Below are positions 20,157 through 30,289 of a stretch of 64,000 nucleotides of DNA, piece after piece. Made by a program: the position numbers and the translations under genes. This DNA is from an uncultured Hyphomonadaceae bacterium (GTDB lineage: Bacteria; Pseudomonadota; Alphaproteobacteria; Caulobacterales; Hyphomonadaceae). The first letter of the stretch is position 1, and each line of letters begins with the position of its first letter. The notes beneath the pieces are model-generated. The model ran no database searches. It saw only the letters and a list, made by a program, of their open reading frames with translations, and had not been told where the DNA came from. Location: assembly GCA_964351655.1 (NCBI GenBank), contig CAYGPD010000007.1, positions 2,035 to 66,034 of the forward strand, written 5' to 3'.

Positions 20157-20501
20157 CTAGTTGTCCTCTATCTGCTGACCATCTGACCGCTGCCTGCCCC
20201 ATTGCCCATAGCGCCATGGCAAAAAAAAGCGCGCATTCACCGGTATTTCATCCAACACAGGATCAAATCCTTTTGTGCCACCTGGGCGACATCGACAAAA
20301 ACGTGCCAACCCCATCCAACTTCCCGGCCACACTCCAAATCGAGTGACAGCTTGAGCACAATATTCAGAACAAGTTGGGTGATGACGACACTGAATACCA
20401 ACCGCTTGAAAAACGACTGACAAAGACAGCTTATACGTTTTCAGCAATAGCCCCATAATCGGACCATATTCAGGAGAGGTATATTTTGGCAGATGGCTCA
20501 T
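20157..20501 (-). CDS. yidD: membrane protein insertion efficiency factor YidD
   Basis: CRHHPTCSEYCAQAV...GVWPGSWMGLARFCRCRPGG is the YidD signature. Alternative start at 20456. Confidence 0.85.
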   Translation of the reverse strand: MSHLPKYTSPEYGPIMGLLLKTYKLSLSVVFQAVGIQCRHHPTCSEYCAQAVTRFGVWPGSWMGLARFCRCRPGGTKGFDPVLDEIPVNARFFLPWRYGQWGRQRSDGQQIEDN

Positions 20502-20603
20502 TGCTCGACTATACCCAGTCTGAGCCAGAATACATATCCTAATTTACACAACGACCTTCTCACAGTAACACAAAAGATATACCCTTCCTAAAAGGGGTGC
20601 CAT

Positions 20604-21392
20604 ATGTTTGATCGTCGAGTCTTTTTAAGTCGCGTTAGCGCGCTATCTTTCACCATGATATCTGGGTGCCAAACTATGCCAAACGCTCCACGAAGAACAT
20701 ATATTCTCGTGCATGGCGCATGGCATGGGGGATGGTGCTGGAAAGATGTAAAAGCCAATTTAGAGCGTGACGGGCATCGCGTTTATACCCCCACACTAAG
20801 CGGACTTGGCGAAAACTTCACGCCTCGCCCCACACACATTAATTTGACAACACACGTGCAAGATATCGTCTCGCTAATTGAAACGGAAAACCTCAGCAAT
20901 GTAACCCTCGTGGGACATTCATATGCAGGCGTGGTTATCAGCCTTGTAGCCGACAAGGCAAAATCCAAAATTGATCATCTTATGTATGTGGACGCTGTTA
21001 TTCCCGAAGACGGCAAAGCCTTCTTCCCTCAACCCCAGCAAGATGAATTTCTCAAACTTTATCAAGATGATTACGTTCTACCAATTGGCAGCCTTGAATT
21101 TCTAGGCATTCCAGAAGATCACCCGAAGGTAGATTGGGTATTGGAAAACTTAACGCCTCATCCTCTAGGCTGTTTTTTGGAGAAAGTTCACTACACCCAG
21201 AATGGTCCAGATGGTCTCCCCAAAACATATATACGCTGCACCGGCAATCCACGCTTCAAAGACGACCCCATAAAGACATCGTCTGAAAATAATGCAGAAT
21301 GGCGCTATAGAATCATAGAAACTGGCCATGATGCGATGGTGACAGCGCCTGATGAATTAAGTCAGATGTTGGTATTGGAGCACACACGCTAG
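20604..21392 (+). CDS. alpha/beta hydrolase (SABP2/methylesterase-like), probable lipoprotein
   Basis: 262-aa ORF with lipobox ISGC, ILVHGAWHGGWCW and the GHSYAG nucleophile elbow. Confidence 0.8.
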   Translation: MFDRRVFLSRVSALSFTMISGCQTMPNAPRRTYILVHGAWHGGWCWKDVKANLERDGHRVYTPTLSGLGENFTPRPTHINLTTHVQDIVSLIETENLSNVTLVGHSYAGVVISLVADKAKSKIDHLMYVDAVIPEDGKAFFPQPQQDEFLKLYQDDYVLPIGSLEFLGIPEDHPKVDWVLENLTPHPLGCFLEKVHYTQNGPDGLPKTYIRCTGNPRFKDDPIKTSSENNAEWRYRIIETGHDAMVTAPDELSQMLVLEHTR

Positions 21393-21444
21393 TCTCACTT
21401 TAGCCTTTAAGGCACGCAAAACTCCCCCGATAAGGAGAATACAC

Positions 21445-22290
21445 ATGCGCACTCATTTGCTTCGTTCAGCCTCTGTCATTATTGGTCTTTCTTTGCTGGG
21501 TCTATCTGCGTGTTCACCGCCCGATACTGCTACCCAAAATCAAGAGCCTCAATCAGAGGATATTTCTGAGGAAAAGACTGTCGACGCAATTGAAGAGATT
21601 GCAGGCACGACGCCTCCAGCGGATGACGTGCCCACAATTGCTGACCATTACGGTGATGACTGGGCTGTGACTGGCGGTTGGCCGGGTGAATATCCAGCAG
21701 GTTTCTCTATCCTAAAAAACAATATCGTTCTTAAGGCGCACCCGCACATGAACCCGCTGACAGAAGCCAATATTGAGTGTCCTGTTCCCAAATTTGCAAC
21801 CTACCAGCAATGGAACCACACGCGTGCAGAAGCAGATGATTTAGACTTTGTTGTTGCTACCAAAGTTTTTACCATAACCATGACCAAAGATTTGAATATC
21901 CAAGTGCCAGACCCTGACGATTTAGTCGGCTTCAAAGATATGACTCTCACGCTCAAATCTGGCGATACCCTGTCTTATCTTCGCTATCTTGGTGAAGGGT
22001 TTGCAATCGTCGATTTTAAGGGCACAGAATATCAAATAGACGAGCAAGATTTGCGCGATGTCTCCGATATTGACCAAGCTAGCCAAACTTCAACCGTGGA
22101 CCTTTGGTTGGAGCTACCCTGCGCGAACCAAGACAAATCGCGCGCTTGGGTTTTGTATGATGAAGTCATCCGCCAAGATGGCGTAGGCCCCGCCCCCATT
22201 TTTGGCTATGGCGTCTCCCAAGATATTACCCAGAAAGACATAGCCGGCATTAAAGAACTAATGGCTGTGAATGCGGAGCTTGGAGATTAG
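21445..22290 (+). CDS. hypothetical lipoprotein
   Basis: 281-aa ORF with signal/lipobox LLGLSAC and GGAGAA upstream. No recognisable family. Confidence 0.65.
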   Translation: MRTHLLRSASVIIGLSLLGLSACSPPDTATQNQEPQSEDISEEKTVDAIEEIAGTTPPADDVPTIADHYGDDWAVTGGWPGEYPAGFSILKNNIVLKAHPHMNPLTEANIECPVPKFATYQQWNHTRAEADDLDFVVATKVFTITMTKDLNIQVPDPDDLVGFKDMTLTLKSGDTLSYLRYLGEGFAIVDFKGTEYQIDEQDLRDVSDIDQASQTSTVDLWLELPCANQDKSRAWVLYDEVIRQDGVGPAPIFGYGVSQDITQKDIAGIKELMAVNAELGD

Positions 22291-22390
22291 GAATCCCAGT
22301 GTCTGATATTGGCTAGAAGCGGTAGTTGGATGAATTGATCTTGTTCCGCTTTTTGTCAATTTCAATATTGAAGTCTTTAGGAATGGACCT

Positions 22391-24085
22391 TTGGCAAATA
22401 CTGGCCGCAATAAACCATGCCCGTGTGGGAAAACAAACGCTGAAGGCGTGCGCTTGAAATACAAGCGGTGCTGCGGCGCGCCCTCTCCACAAGCGGAGCC
22501 CAAATCTCAGGATACATCATCTAGAAGACGCCTACCGCCTGAACTAATGCGAAAGGCTCAACAGAAGTTTCGCGAGATGCAATCGAATGAACACGTTCGC
22601 CAGCAGCAGCAGGGTGGTGGCCACCCAATCATTGCGGAGAATTTCCAAGGTCACCGCATCGTCGCAGTAGGCAATAAGCTTTTTATCGAAAAGCCCGGCG
22701 GCACATTCGTGGACTTCCTGCTGAAGTATCTCGTGACGCACCTCGATAAGGACTGGTGCGATGCTGAGCTAAAGAAGCCGTACAATGAACGGCACACGTT
22801 GCTGCAATGGCACGAAGACGTGGCCCGTTACCAAATCAGCATGGGGGCGGGATCAGGGAAGGTTGTGAACGCCGATATGAACGGGGCGGTTGCCGCGTAC
22901 CTCGGTCTTGCCCATGCGATGTATCGCTTGGAGCACAACGCCTCCATTCAGGCGCGCTTGCTAAATCACCTTAAAACTCCTGACCTGTTTCAAGGCGCAT
23001 ACTATGAAGCAATGGTGGCGAGCATTTTCGTAACCGCCAACTTCACATTGGAGCAAGAAGATGAAACAGACGGCACCACGAAACATTGCGAGTTTGTGGC
23101 ACGCTCTAGTACGACTGCCACCACCTATCATGTGGAGGCAAAGACCCGCGCCGTTGCCGGCATCATGGGCAAGGGCCCGAATGATGGCGCGAAAGATGAC
23201 AGCGACCCCACAGCGAAGGTAGTTACCCATGTTGCTGCGGCGCTGAAGAAGCCAGCCGCAGGGCAACGCTTCATCTTCGTGGACCTCAATGCCATTCTGC
23301 CGCCCGATGCATTATGGGAGAAAAAACCGAAATTCATTGAGGCCGCCGTCGCCAAGCTTAAGCGCTACGAGTCCACTAACATGCCGAAAGGCGCTACAGC
23401 ATATGTGTTCTTGACTGCATCGTCTTTTCACCGCGACTTGGACGGCCCCGCGCGCATGATAACGTATATGCATGGGCTAGGGATGCCTGACTTTAACAAA
23501 GATGGCTCTATGCGACTTGCCGAACGCCACAAACAAGAGCGTCCACATCGCGACGCGCTGGCCATTGCGGACGCTGTAAAGCAGTTTCTGAAGGTGCCGA
23601 CCACGTTTGACGGCTCGCTGCCATCAGAGACGTATTGCGGACACGTGAGGCCGCTCGTGGGCTATATGTATAATTTCGTTCAGCCACCTGCACAGCCGCT
23701 CAATGTAACCGTGTTGGCTGGCAGCGTGGACGAGCAGGCCAAGAAAATGACGCTGCACGTCGTCACGCGAGAGGGCGAACGCGTGACCATCGTGAACGAC
23801 ATGACTGACGATCAACTGCATGACTACCGCGCTCATCGCGAGAATTTCTTTGGCGGCGACGCGCCTCAACGCACCTATGCTCAGTCCCCAGAGGACATTT
23901 TTGAGTGGGCGCTTCGCGCTAACGCTAACACGTCGTGCGAGGCGCTGCTTGATGCGATGAAGGCGATGCCGAACATTGAAGCAATCCATGCCATGTCCGA
24001 GGACGACGTGCGCGCTGAGCACGCGGAGTGGGTGACCCGCGTATTGCTTACGCGTCAGCAACTAACAAAAAAGAACATCACCTAA
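22391..24085 (+). CDS. SEC-C motif protein with PD-(D/E)xK-like central motif, function unknown
   Basis: 564-aa ORF. TTG start with AGGAA 7 nt upstream. N-terminal CPCG...KYKRCCG zinc hook and a YHVEAKT (ExK) motif at 23126-23146. G+C is clearly above the flanks. Confidence 0.8.
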   Translation: MANTGRNKPCPCGKTNAEGVRLKYKRCCGAPSPQAEPKSQDTSSRRRLPPELMRKAQQKFREMQSNEHVRQQQQGGGHPIIAENFQGHRIVAVGNKLFIEKPGGTFVDFLLKYLVTHLDKDWCDAELKKPYNERHTLLQWHEDVARYQISMGAGSGKVVNADMNGAVAAYLGLAHAMYRLEHNASIQARLLNHLKTPDLFQGAYYEAMVASIFVTANFTLEQEDETDGTTKHCEFVARSSTTATTYHVEAKTRAVAGIMGKGPNDGAKDDSDPTAKVVTHVAAALKKPAAGQRFIFVDLNAILPPDALWEKKPKFIEAAVAKLKRYESTNMPKGATAYVFLTASSFHRDLDGPARMITYMHGLGMPDFNKDGSMRLAERHKQERPHRDALAIADAVKQFLKVPTTFDGSLPSETYCGHVRPLVGYMYNFVQPPAQPLNVTVLAGSVDEQAKKMTLHVVTREGERVTIVNDMTDDQLHDYRAHRENFFGGDAPQRTYAQSPEDIFEWALRANANTSCEALLDAMKAMPNIEAIHAMSEDDVRAEHAEWVTRVLLTRQQLTKKNIT

Positions 24086-24185
24086 CAATCGCGGCGGATG
24101 TCTTGAGCATTGACCTGCGATCAAAGGATAAATCTGCCGCTCGGGTCCCAACGACCAAACGGCCGATCTGCGCCAATAATCTCCC

Positions 24186-25130
24186 CTAAACCGCAAAGCC
24201 GACAAGCATCGCGATATAGGCCACATATCCAGCCAGCATGATACCGCCTTCTAAGCGTGTGACTTTCCAATGCGTGATCGCAGCGATGATGAGAAGCAAA
24301 GTTGCGCCCAATAGCACCCACACATCAAAGCTAGCGATTTGCGGCGGGATTGGGATAGGTTTCACTATGGCTGTCACGCCCAATATACCCAAGATATTAT
24401 AGATATTGCTGCCCACAATGTTTCCAAAGGCGAGATCACCCTGCTTGCGCAAAGCTGCCATAAGCGACGTGACTAGCTCTGGAAGTGACGTTCCAACCGC
24501 AACAATTGTAAGCCCAATAATGGTTTCAGAGACACCAAAGGATGTCGCAATATCAGTGGCCGACATAACAAGAAAGCGCGCGCCGAAAATTGTCATCACC
24601 AAGCCAGCTACAACCATTGCGCTATTGAACACAAGAGAAGAGAGTTTAGCTGTGTCATCTGGCAATTCAGCATTATTTGCTGATGCAGGACTTTGCTCTT
24701 TTAAGAAAGCGTAAGCGATGTACGCAATCAAGCCCGCCACAAGCACAAAACCCATCCAACGTGTGAGAGAGCCATAAAAAATGACCATCATACATAGAAG
24801 CGTTGCCCCAGCCAGCACCATGCCATCACGGCGAAAACTTTCACTCGCGACAGCTACAGGGAAGATAAGCGCAGATAATCCAAGGATAAACAAAATATTG
24901 GCAATATTACTGCCCACCACATTCCCCACTGCGATGCCCGGAACACCAGCGAAAGCAGCTTGAAGACTGGTGACGAGTTCGGGCGTGGATGTACCAAAGC
25001 CCACAAGTGTCAAACCGATCACAAGCGGAGACACTTTAAAGGTTTGCGCAATAGACACGGCACCGCGCACGAGAACCTCACCGCCCAAGACAAGCAATAA
25101 AAGCCCAGAAACCAAGAACACATAGATCAT
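24186..25130 (-). CDS. Ca2+/Na+ antiporter (CaCA/YrbG family)
   Basis: Two internal alpha-repeats (GFGTSTPELVTSL and AVGTSLPELVTSL, each followed by GNxVGSNIxNIL). ATG at 25130 preferred. The ORF-track start is 25172. Confidence 0.88.
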   Translation of the reverse strand: MIYVFLVSGLLLLVLGGEVLVRGAVSIAQTFKVSPLVIGLTLVGFGTSTPELVTSLQAAFAGVPGIAVGNVVGSNIANILFILGLSALIFPVAVASESFRRDGMVLAGATLLCMMVIFYGSLTRWMGFVLVAGLIAYIAYAFLKEQSPASANNAELPDDTAKLSSLVFNSAMVVAGLVMTIFGARFLVMSATDIATSFGVSETIIGLTIVAVGTSLPELVTSLMAALRKQGDLAFGNIVGSNIYNILGILGVTAIVKPIPIPPQIASFDVWVLLGATLLLIIAAITHWKVTRLEGGIMLAGYVAYIAMLVGFAV

Positions 25131-25317
25131 TGATACGTCCATAAAAAAGCTCAACACCCACAGATGCGGCATGTTGTTTCATCATCTATGGATTATGTGA
25201 AAAAGTCTATTGGATATCTGTTGGTTGGAGGCGCTCGCAGCAGAGTTTATTTTTATGAACGCCTATTTAAAACGTGCAATTACATCCCATTTATATCGGC
25301 CTATTTTCAAGTTAACC

Positions 25318-26538
25318 TCAGGTATTTGACTTTAGCCATTCGCTTGCGCCCACCCCGGCTGCGCGACCTGTCGCCATGCATGCTGTGATAAGATAACCAC
25401 CCGTTGGCGCATCCCAATCAATCATCTCACCCGCACAAAAAACACCCGGCTTTTCTGTTACCATTAACTCATCATCCAGCGCCGACCATTGCACACCGCC
25501 AATGGTAGAAATAGCTTCATCAAGAGGTGCAGCCCCTGTGATTTTAAGCGGCAGCGCTTTTAATCGACGTATGAGATAGTCTTTGTCATTTAAGGCATTT
25601 TTATCTGCCCCCTCATATATCAGCGCAGCTTTTACACCTTTAAGACCCACCACTTTTCGCAAATAATTGGAGAGAGAAAGTTTGCCGCGTGGACGTTGTA
25701 GCTTTTCGCTAAGTACGGTCTCTGAAATATCTGGAAGCAGATCAACCAATAGCGTCGCCGTGCCATATGTATTGAGCAGATCGCGTAGCGTCGCAGATAC
25801 CGTATAAATAGCACCGCTTTCAACGCCCTTATGCGTGATTACAAACTCACCCCGCGTTGCTTGCTGCCCCACACTCACCTGAACAGACTTTATCGGGTGG
25901 CCAGCAAACTCATCCCGCATGCGGTCAGACCAGTTCACAAGGAACCCATTATTTGACGGTGCAAATGGGCGACACGAAACGCCCTGTTCTATAAATTTAT
26001 CAAGCCAGCCGCCATCCGATCCTAAGCGTTTCCAGCTTCCGCCGCCAAGCGCAAACACACTTGCCGCTGGCTTCAAATTCACAACACCTGTTGGTGTTTT
26101 AAAGACAAGCTCCCCCGCATTGTTCCAGCCCTGCCATTGATGACGCGCATGCAATTGAGCCCCCTTTTCCTGCAAACGCACCAACCATGCCCGCAGTAAA
26201 GGTGATGATTTCATCATGCTGGGGAAAACGCGCCCTGTCGGTCCGGTGTGCGCTTCAATTCCAAGCTCTTTCATCCAAGCGATAATTTCTTTCGCACCAA
26301 ATTCTGTGACCATGCTCTTCACACGCGAATCATCACCATAGCGAGAGAGGAAATCTGACATATCTTCCGCATGTGTAATGTTGAGGCCGCTTTTCCCCGC
26401 CATCAAAAACTTACGTCCCATGCTTGGCATTGAATCAAATATATCTACGCCAACACCGTTTTGCGTAAGCGTTTCAGCTGCCATTAAACCAGCAGGGCCA
26501 GCACCAATAATTGCAACACGGTTCGAAAAATCATTCAT
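25318..26538 (-). CDS. HI0933/BaiN-like flavoprotein (TIGR03862-like)
   Basis: 406-aa ORF with an N-terminal FAD fold VAIIGAGPAGLMAA and a C-terminal GEMIDWDAPTGGY motif. Confidence 0.85.
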   Translation of the reverse strand: MNDFSNRVAIIGAGPAGLMAAETLTQNGVGVDIFDSMPSMGRKFLMAGKSGLNITHAEDMSDFLSRYGDDSRVKSMVTEFGAKEIIAWMKELGIEAHTGPTGRVFPSMMKSSPLLRAWLVRLQEKGAQLHARHQWQGWNNAGELVFKTPTGVVNLKPAASVFALGGGSWKRLGSDGGWLDKFIEQGVSCRPFAPSNNGFLVNWSDRMRDEFAGHPIKSVQVSVGQQATRGEFVITHKGVESGAIYTVSATLRDLLNTYGTATLLVDLLPDISETVLSEKLQRPRGKLSLSNYLRKVVGLKGVKAALIYEGADKNALNDKDYLIRRLKALPLKITGAAPLDEAISTIGGVQWSALDDELMVTEKPGVFCAGEMIDWDAPTGGYLITACMATGRAAGVGASEWLKSNT

Positions 26539-26666
26539 GGCAGCGGGTCCGGTAGGTTTGATGTATCAATTCAAAAGCGATCCTCTTGTTAGTGCTTTGC
26601 GCTCAAAATGCAAAGCGTCATCGTCAACACTTGCCACCTTGTCCACAAAATGGCACTTGGCCTTGC

Positions 26667-27326
26667 ATGAAACGTGAGTTTATCTACGCACCCGCCAAGA
26701 ATCCCAACATTGTCGTCATTTATGAAGACGATGCCTTTCTCGTACTCGACAAACCCTCTGGGTTGTTAAGTGTTCCCGGCCGGCTGCCTGAACATGCCGA
26801 TTGTTTAGAAACACGCGCCCAATCCGAATACCCTGAAGCACGTACTGTTCACCGCTTAGACATGGCAACATCGGGCGTATGGGTTATGGCCCGCAAACGG
26901 GAAATGATGCGCCACTTAGGTCTTCAATTTGAACGGCGCCACACATCAAAGACTTATATTGCGCGTGTATGGGGAGAGATTGAAAAAGACGAAGGCTTCA
27001 TCGATGAACCAATCATTGTTGATTGGCCCAATCGTCCTAAACAAAAAATTTGCTATGAAACCGGAAAATCTGCACAGACTAGTTGGCGCGTCCTAGAGCG
27101 CTCCAATGGCACAACACGCGTAGAGCTCACGCCCATCACTGGCCGCACACACCAATTGCGCATTCATATGCAACATATAGGACACCCTATCCTCGCGGAT
27201 CGCATTTATGCACATGAAGAGGCGTTTAGAATGGCGGACCGCTTACAATTACACGCCGCATCCATCACTCTACGACACCCGATAGGTGGAGAGCCGATCA
27301 CATTTAAAAGCCCCGCCCCTTTTTAA
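26667..27326 (+). CDS. RluA-family pseudouridine synthase
   Basis: HRLDMATSGVWVMA catalytic motif and GRTHQLRIH. ATG at 26667 preferred over the ORF-track start at 26586. Confidence 0.88.
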   Translation: MKREFIYAPAKNPNIVVIYEDDAFLVLDKPSGLLSVPGRLPEHADCLETRAQSEYPEARTVHRLDMATSGVWVMARKREMMRHLGLQFERRHTSKTYIARVWGEIEKDEGFIDEPIIVDWPNRPKQKICYETGKSAQTSWRVLERSNGTTRVELTPITGRTHQLRIHMQHIGHPILADRIYAHEEAFRMADRLQLHAASITLRHPIGGEPITFKSPAPF

Positions 27327-27357
27327 AAAAAGGCATAAGTAATTATAATGTAATAAA

Positions 27358-27909
27358 TTATTGGATATCACAGCCGCGCGCGAAAGCACATTCTGTCAAT
27401 TCGATAGCGGGATAGTCAATTGCAAATTCTGGCGGCATATCTTGAGATAAGTCCTGCATCACAATTGCACCCATTGCTGCAGCTCCGCGTAATACAAAGC
27501 CCAGTTTTCCAAAATCATTCTTAAATGCAGTTGAGTATTGCGTTCCAGCACCAAAACCTGTTTCTACATTTTGAAATGCAAAGGTTTCACCAGCGAAATG
27601 TCCGTAACGATCACCGTCAAACGTATACCCAAATCCCACGGCGCGTGTATTGCTCAATTCTCTTGCAGGCCCCCAATACTGACGCTCAGTAAAGAGACCT
27701 ATGCGTGGTTGAGATGCGAAATCATTCCGAGATGTTTCCTTACCAAAAGGAATAACCATCTGCACGCCAAATGAGCGATCATATTCATAGGCTAGATCGT
27801 TAACTTCGTAAGCTGAAATCGAGGTAAAAGATGCTTGGGCATTTGCTGATGTACACAGCGCAACAAGCGCTAAACATGCAAAGGAAGTCACTTCATATAG
27901 TCTACGCAT
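27358..27909 (-). CDS. secreted hypothetical protein
   Basis: 183-aa ORF with signal peptide LALVALCTSANAQA. Gly/aromatic-rich, possibly beta-rich. No named family. Confidence 0.6.
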   Translation of the reverse strand: MRRLYEVTSFACLALVALCTSANAQASFTSISAYEVNDLAYEYDRSFGVQMVIPFGKETSRNDFASQPRIGLFTERQYWGPARELSNTRAVGFGYTFDGDRYGHFAGETFAFQNVETGFGAGTQYSTAFKNDFGKLGFVLRGAAAMGAIVMQDLSQDMPPEFAIDYPAIELTECAFARGCDIQ

Positions 27910-28054
27910 AGAGAAAACTCAAAACTAGCAACACTAAACTGAAGGTAGCATTTCACCTTCCCATTTATAAAATGCTAACCATAGTTTTGAGATCTGACAA
28001 ATGACAAATGTGACTATTTTGTAATTTTCAGTAACAATAATAATTCAAATCCAC

Positions 28055-28504
28055 TTAATCAGTCGTCATTGCCTCATTTTCAAGCGCCTTATCAATTGCG
28101 GCTATGAGTGCTTCAAATGCCAGTAATGTCGATGTATGCCGTTGAGGATAATCTCTCACCCCTTCTAGATGCCGTAATTCCCAGAAATCTCCCTGTGGAG
28201 GGGGTGCGCCCTCTTTAAGCATTGCGCGAAAAGAATCACGCACCGCAACAATATCTGCCCTTGTCTTGCCCTTTGCATGAGCAGATAGCACCGAACAGGA
28301 AGTCTGCCCCAGCACACATGCTTCTGGCTCAAATCCGATTTCAGAAATTTGACCCGCATCATCAAGGACGACATCCGCTGTTATGACGGAGCCACACACA
28401 CGCGAAACCTTTGTCGCAGTTCCCTGAGGATTTTCCAATCGCTCAGCGTTTGGAATATTGGCTGCTAATTCCAGCACACGATTATGATAGATTTCATCAA
28501 ACAT
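28055..28504 (-). CDS. iron-sulfur cluster assembly scaffold protein (IscU/NifU N-terminal-like)
   Basis: 149-aa ORF. MFDEIYHNRVLELAANIP..., with VCGSVI and CVLGQTSCSVL cysteine positions as in stand-alone alphaproteobacterial scaffold proteins. Confidence 0.8.
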   Translation of the reverse strand: MFDEIYHNRVLELAANIPNAERLENPQGTATKVSRVCGSVITADVVLDDAGQISEIGFEPEACVLGQTSCSVLSAHAKGKTRADIVAVRDSFRAMLKEGAPPPQGDFWELRHLEGVRDYPQRHTSTLLAFEALIAAIDKALENEAMTTD

Positions 28505-28548
28505 AGGCTTTAGGTCGTCTCACCTGCATGTTTCGTCAAGAGGGCTTT

Positions 28549-29184
28549 TTAACTTATTCCAATCATGCTGAATATACGACCAGCCAATCGCGTCATTAAA
28601 AAGACACTACCCATAAACGTAACGCCCGCGACAATTAAAAGTGCACCATCACGCGATGCAAGCCCTAACCCCACCATCAGTATGGCTAGACTTGGTAAAA
28701 GCGGACCAAGCGGTACCAGCCCAAGTGGGTAGGTTAAAAATGCAGCTGCAACACAGATAAGTGCGACGAAATTTACAAATGGCGGCTTGGTCAAGGCGAC
28801 AATACGAGGCTTTGTGACCTTATCAATACGTTTCGCCCATGGCTGGGCTTTATCCAAACCAGACACAAGATATTCACGCGGAAAAGTTGAGTTCAAAATA
28901 CGCTTTGGAACCCAAGGGTAAGGCCTTCCGAACACTATTTGTATCGCGATTATCCATGTCACGGTTGCAAAAATCCAATTTGCACCGGGCACAATTGTCA
29001 GAGGAGAAATGGATATGAAGCCAAGCAAAAGAAGCACTGGGCCGTAGGCGCGACGCCCAACAACATTTAGAAGATCTCTAACTGCGATTTTCTCACCTTT
29101 AGTCCCCTCTTTGATTTTGTCTAACAACGCTTCAAACGTGTGATTAGAGGCCTTGATTGTCGAAGAACTATTATCTTCTGTCAT
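28549..29184 (-). CDS. ExoD-family exopolysaccharide synthesis membrane protein
   Basis: 211-aa ORF. VRDLLNVVGRRAYGPVLLLLGFISISPL and PGANWIFA are typical of ExoD. Confidence 0.8.
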   Translation of the reverse strand: MTEDNSSSTIKASNHTFEALLDKIKEGTKGEKIAVRDLLNVVGRRAYGPVLLLLGFISISPLTIVPGANWIFATVTWIIAIQIVFGRPYPWVPKRILNSTFPREYLVSGLDKAQPWAKRIDKVTKPRIVALTKPPFVNFVALICVAAAFLTYPLGLVPLGPLLPSLAILMVGLGLASRDGALLIVAGVTFMGSVFLMTRLAGRIFSMIGIS

Positions 29185-29267
29185 TATATTCCCGCTCGAT
29201 CTTCAAAATGAATGCGATACTCGCGTTAATATAATGCGCAGTTGCCTAAATCGTTGCAATCTTTCCC

Positions 29268-30233
29268 CTATTCAGCCGCGAGCTTTCGTTCGATGTTTTT
29301 CACTCTATCAAAAAATGGCAAAGCCCGTTCGATAAAATCAGGCTGCAACGGCACATTGATATGTGTGCCCTTTTCAAAGTGAAGATATGTTACGTGATTG
29401 CCTTGCTTCTCTAGCGATTCGGCAAGGGACTGAGACAACCAAGCTGGAAGAATTTTATCTTTCCCTCCAGACAGAACAAGCACAGGCGCGTCAAAGCCAG
29501 CAAGTGGCGTTGCATTGTCGCCTTCTTGATGTGTTTCAGCAGTAGCTATTTTAATAAAAGGAATCATTCGTAAAAACCAAGGCTTCCATACCTTCATCGC
29601 TTCTTCAGCACTTAATGCTGAAGTTTCGTAAACAAAACCGTCAAATTTGGGTGAACTCGCCGCCATATGCGGGCAGATGAAGCCTCCAAGAGAATGGCCC
29701 CAGAAAATCAATTGACGATCCCCCGACAACTCGTTTGCAAGCTCGACAATAGAAGGCGTTATTTTTTGGATAGCAGCAATCGACGGCTCTCCTGAACTAT
29801 CGCCATATCCAGGATAATCAAACTGCAAGACATCGCCCCATGGCAGCAATTTTTCTGCGTAATACACACCATGATTGGGCCTATCACCACCGGAACCATA
29901 GCAACTTAATATAAGCGGCCGATCCTCATGTGCGCTTTTCTCATTTGCTGAAATCAGAGAATACGCAATGCGCTCATCTTCAGCATCGATAAAACCATGT
30001 TTTACACTTGCAGGCAGTATTTTTTTGAATTTCTCTTCCTGTGCCAGCTTAGAATCTGGATTGGTCAGCTTCGTTTCATCAACGAATTTCAGCTCATCCG
30101 CAGTAAGGGCAATATCTTTCCATTTAGGTGGACTAAAGATAGCGTCATCTGACATTGTAATTGTGCACCCTGCACTGCTTAACAATGCCATTACACTCAC
30201 GCCAAATTTCTTTAAACTATCCGTCATTGCCAC
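29268..30233 (-). CDS. alpha/beta hydrolase lipoprotein (paralog A)
   Basis: 321-aa ORF with lipobox LSSAGC, FDYPGYGDSSG and GHSLGGF. Clear paralog of 30290-31252. Confidence 0.8.
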   Translation of the reverse strand: MAMTDSLKKFGVSVMALLSSAGCTITMSDDAIFSPPKWKDIALTADELKFVDETKLTNPDSKLAQEEKFKKILPASVKHGFIDAEDERIAYSLISANEKSAHEDRPLILSCYGSGGDRPNHGVYYAEKLLPWGDVLQFDYPGYGDSSGEPSIAAIQKITPSIVELANELSGDRQLIFWGHSLGGFICPHMAASSPKFDGFVYETSALSAEEAMKVWKPWFLRMIPFIKIATAETHQEGDNATPLAGFDAPVLVLSGGKDKILPAWLSQSLAESLEKQGNHVTYLHFEKGTHINVPLQPDFIERALPFFDRVKNIERKLAAE

Positions 30234-30289
30234 ACCCTCTGCTGCCTATAGGAATCTATACGAAGCCAAAGAGAAATTGGTTCACCATT

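Noticed and set aside
23624-24061. 145-aa minus-strand ORF (and 22961-23355 ORFs) inside the SEC-C gene
   Set aside because: These are shadow ORFs produced by the locally high G+C. The plus-strand frame is continuous for 564 codons with a recognisable N-terminal motif.
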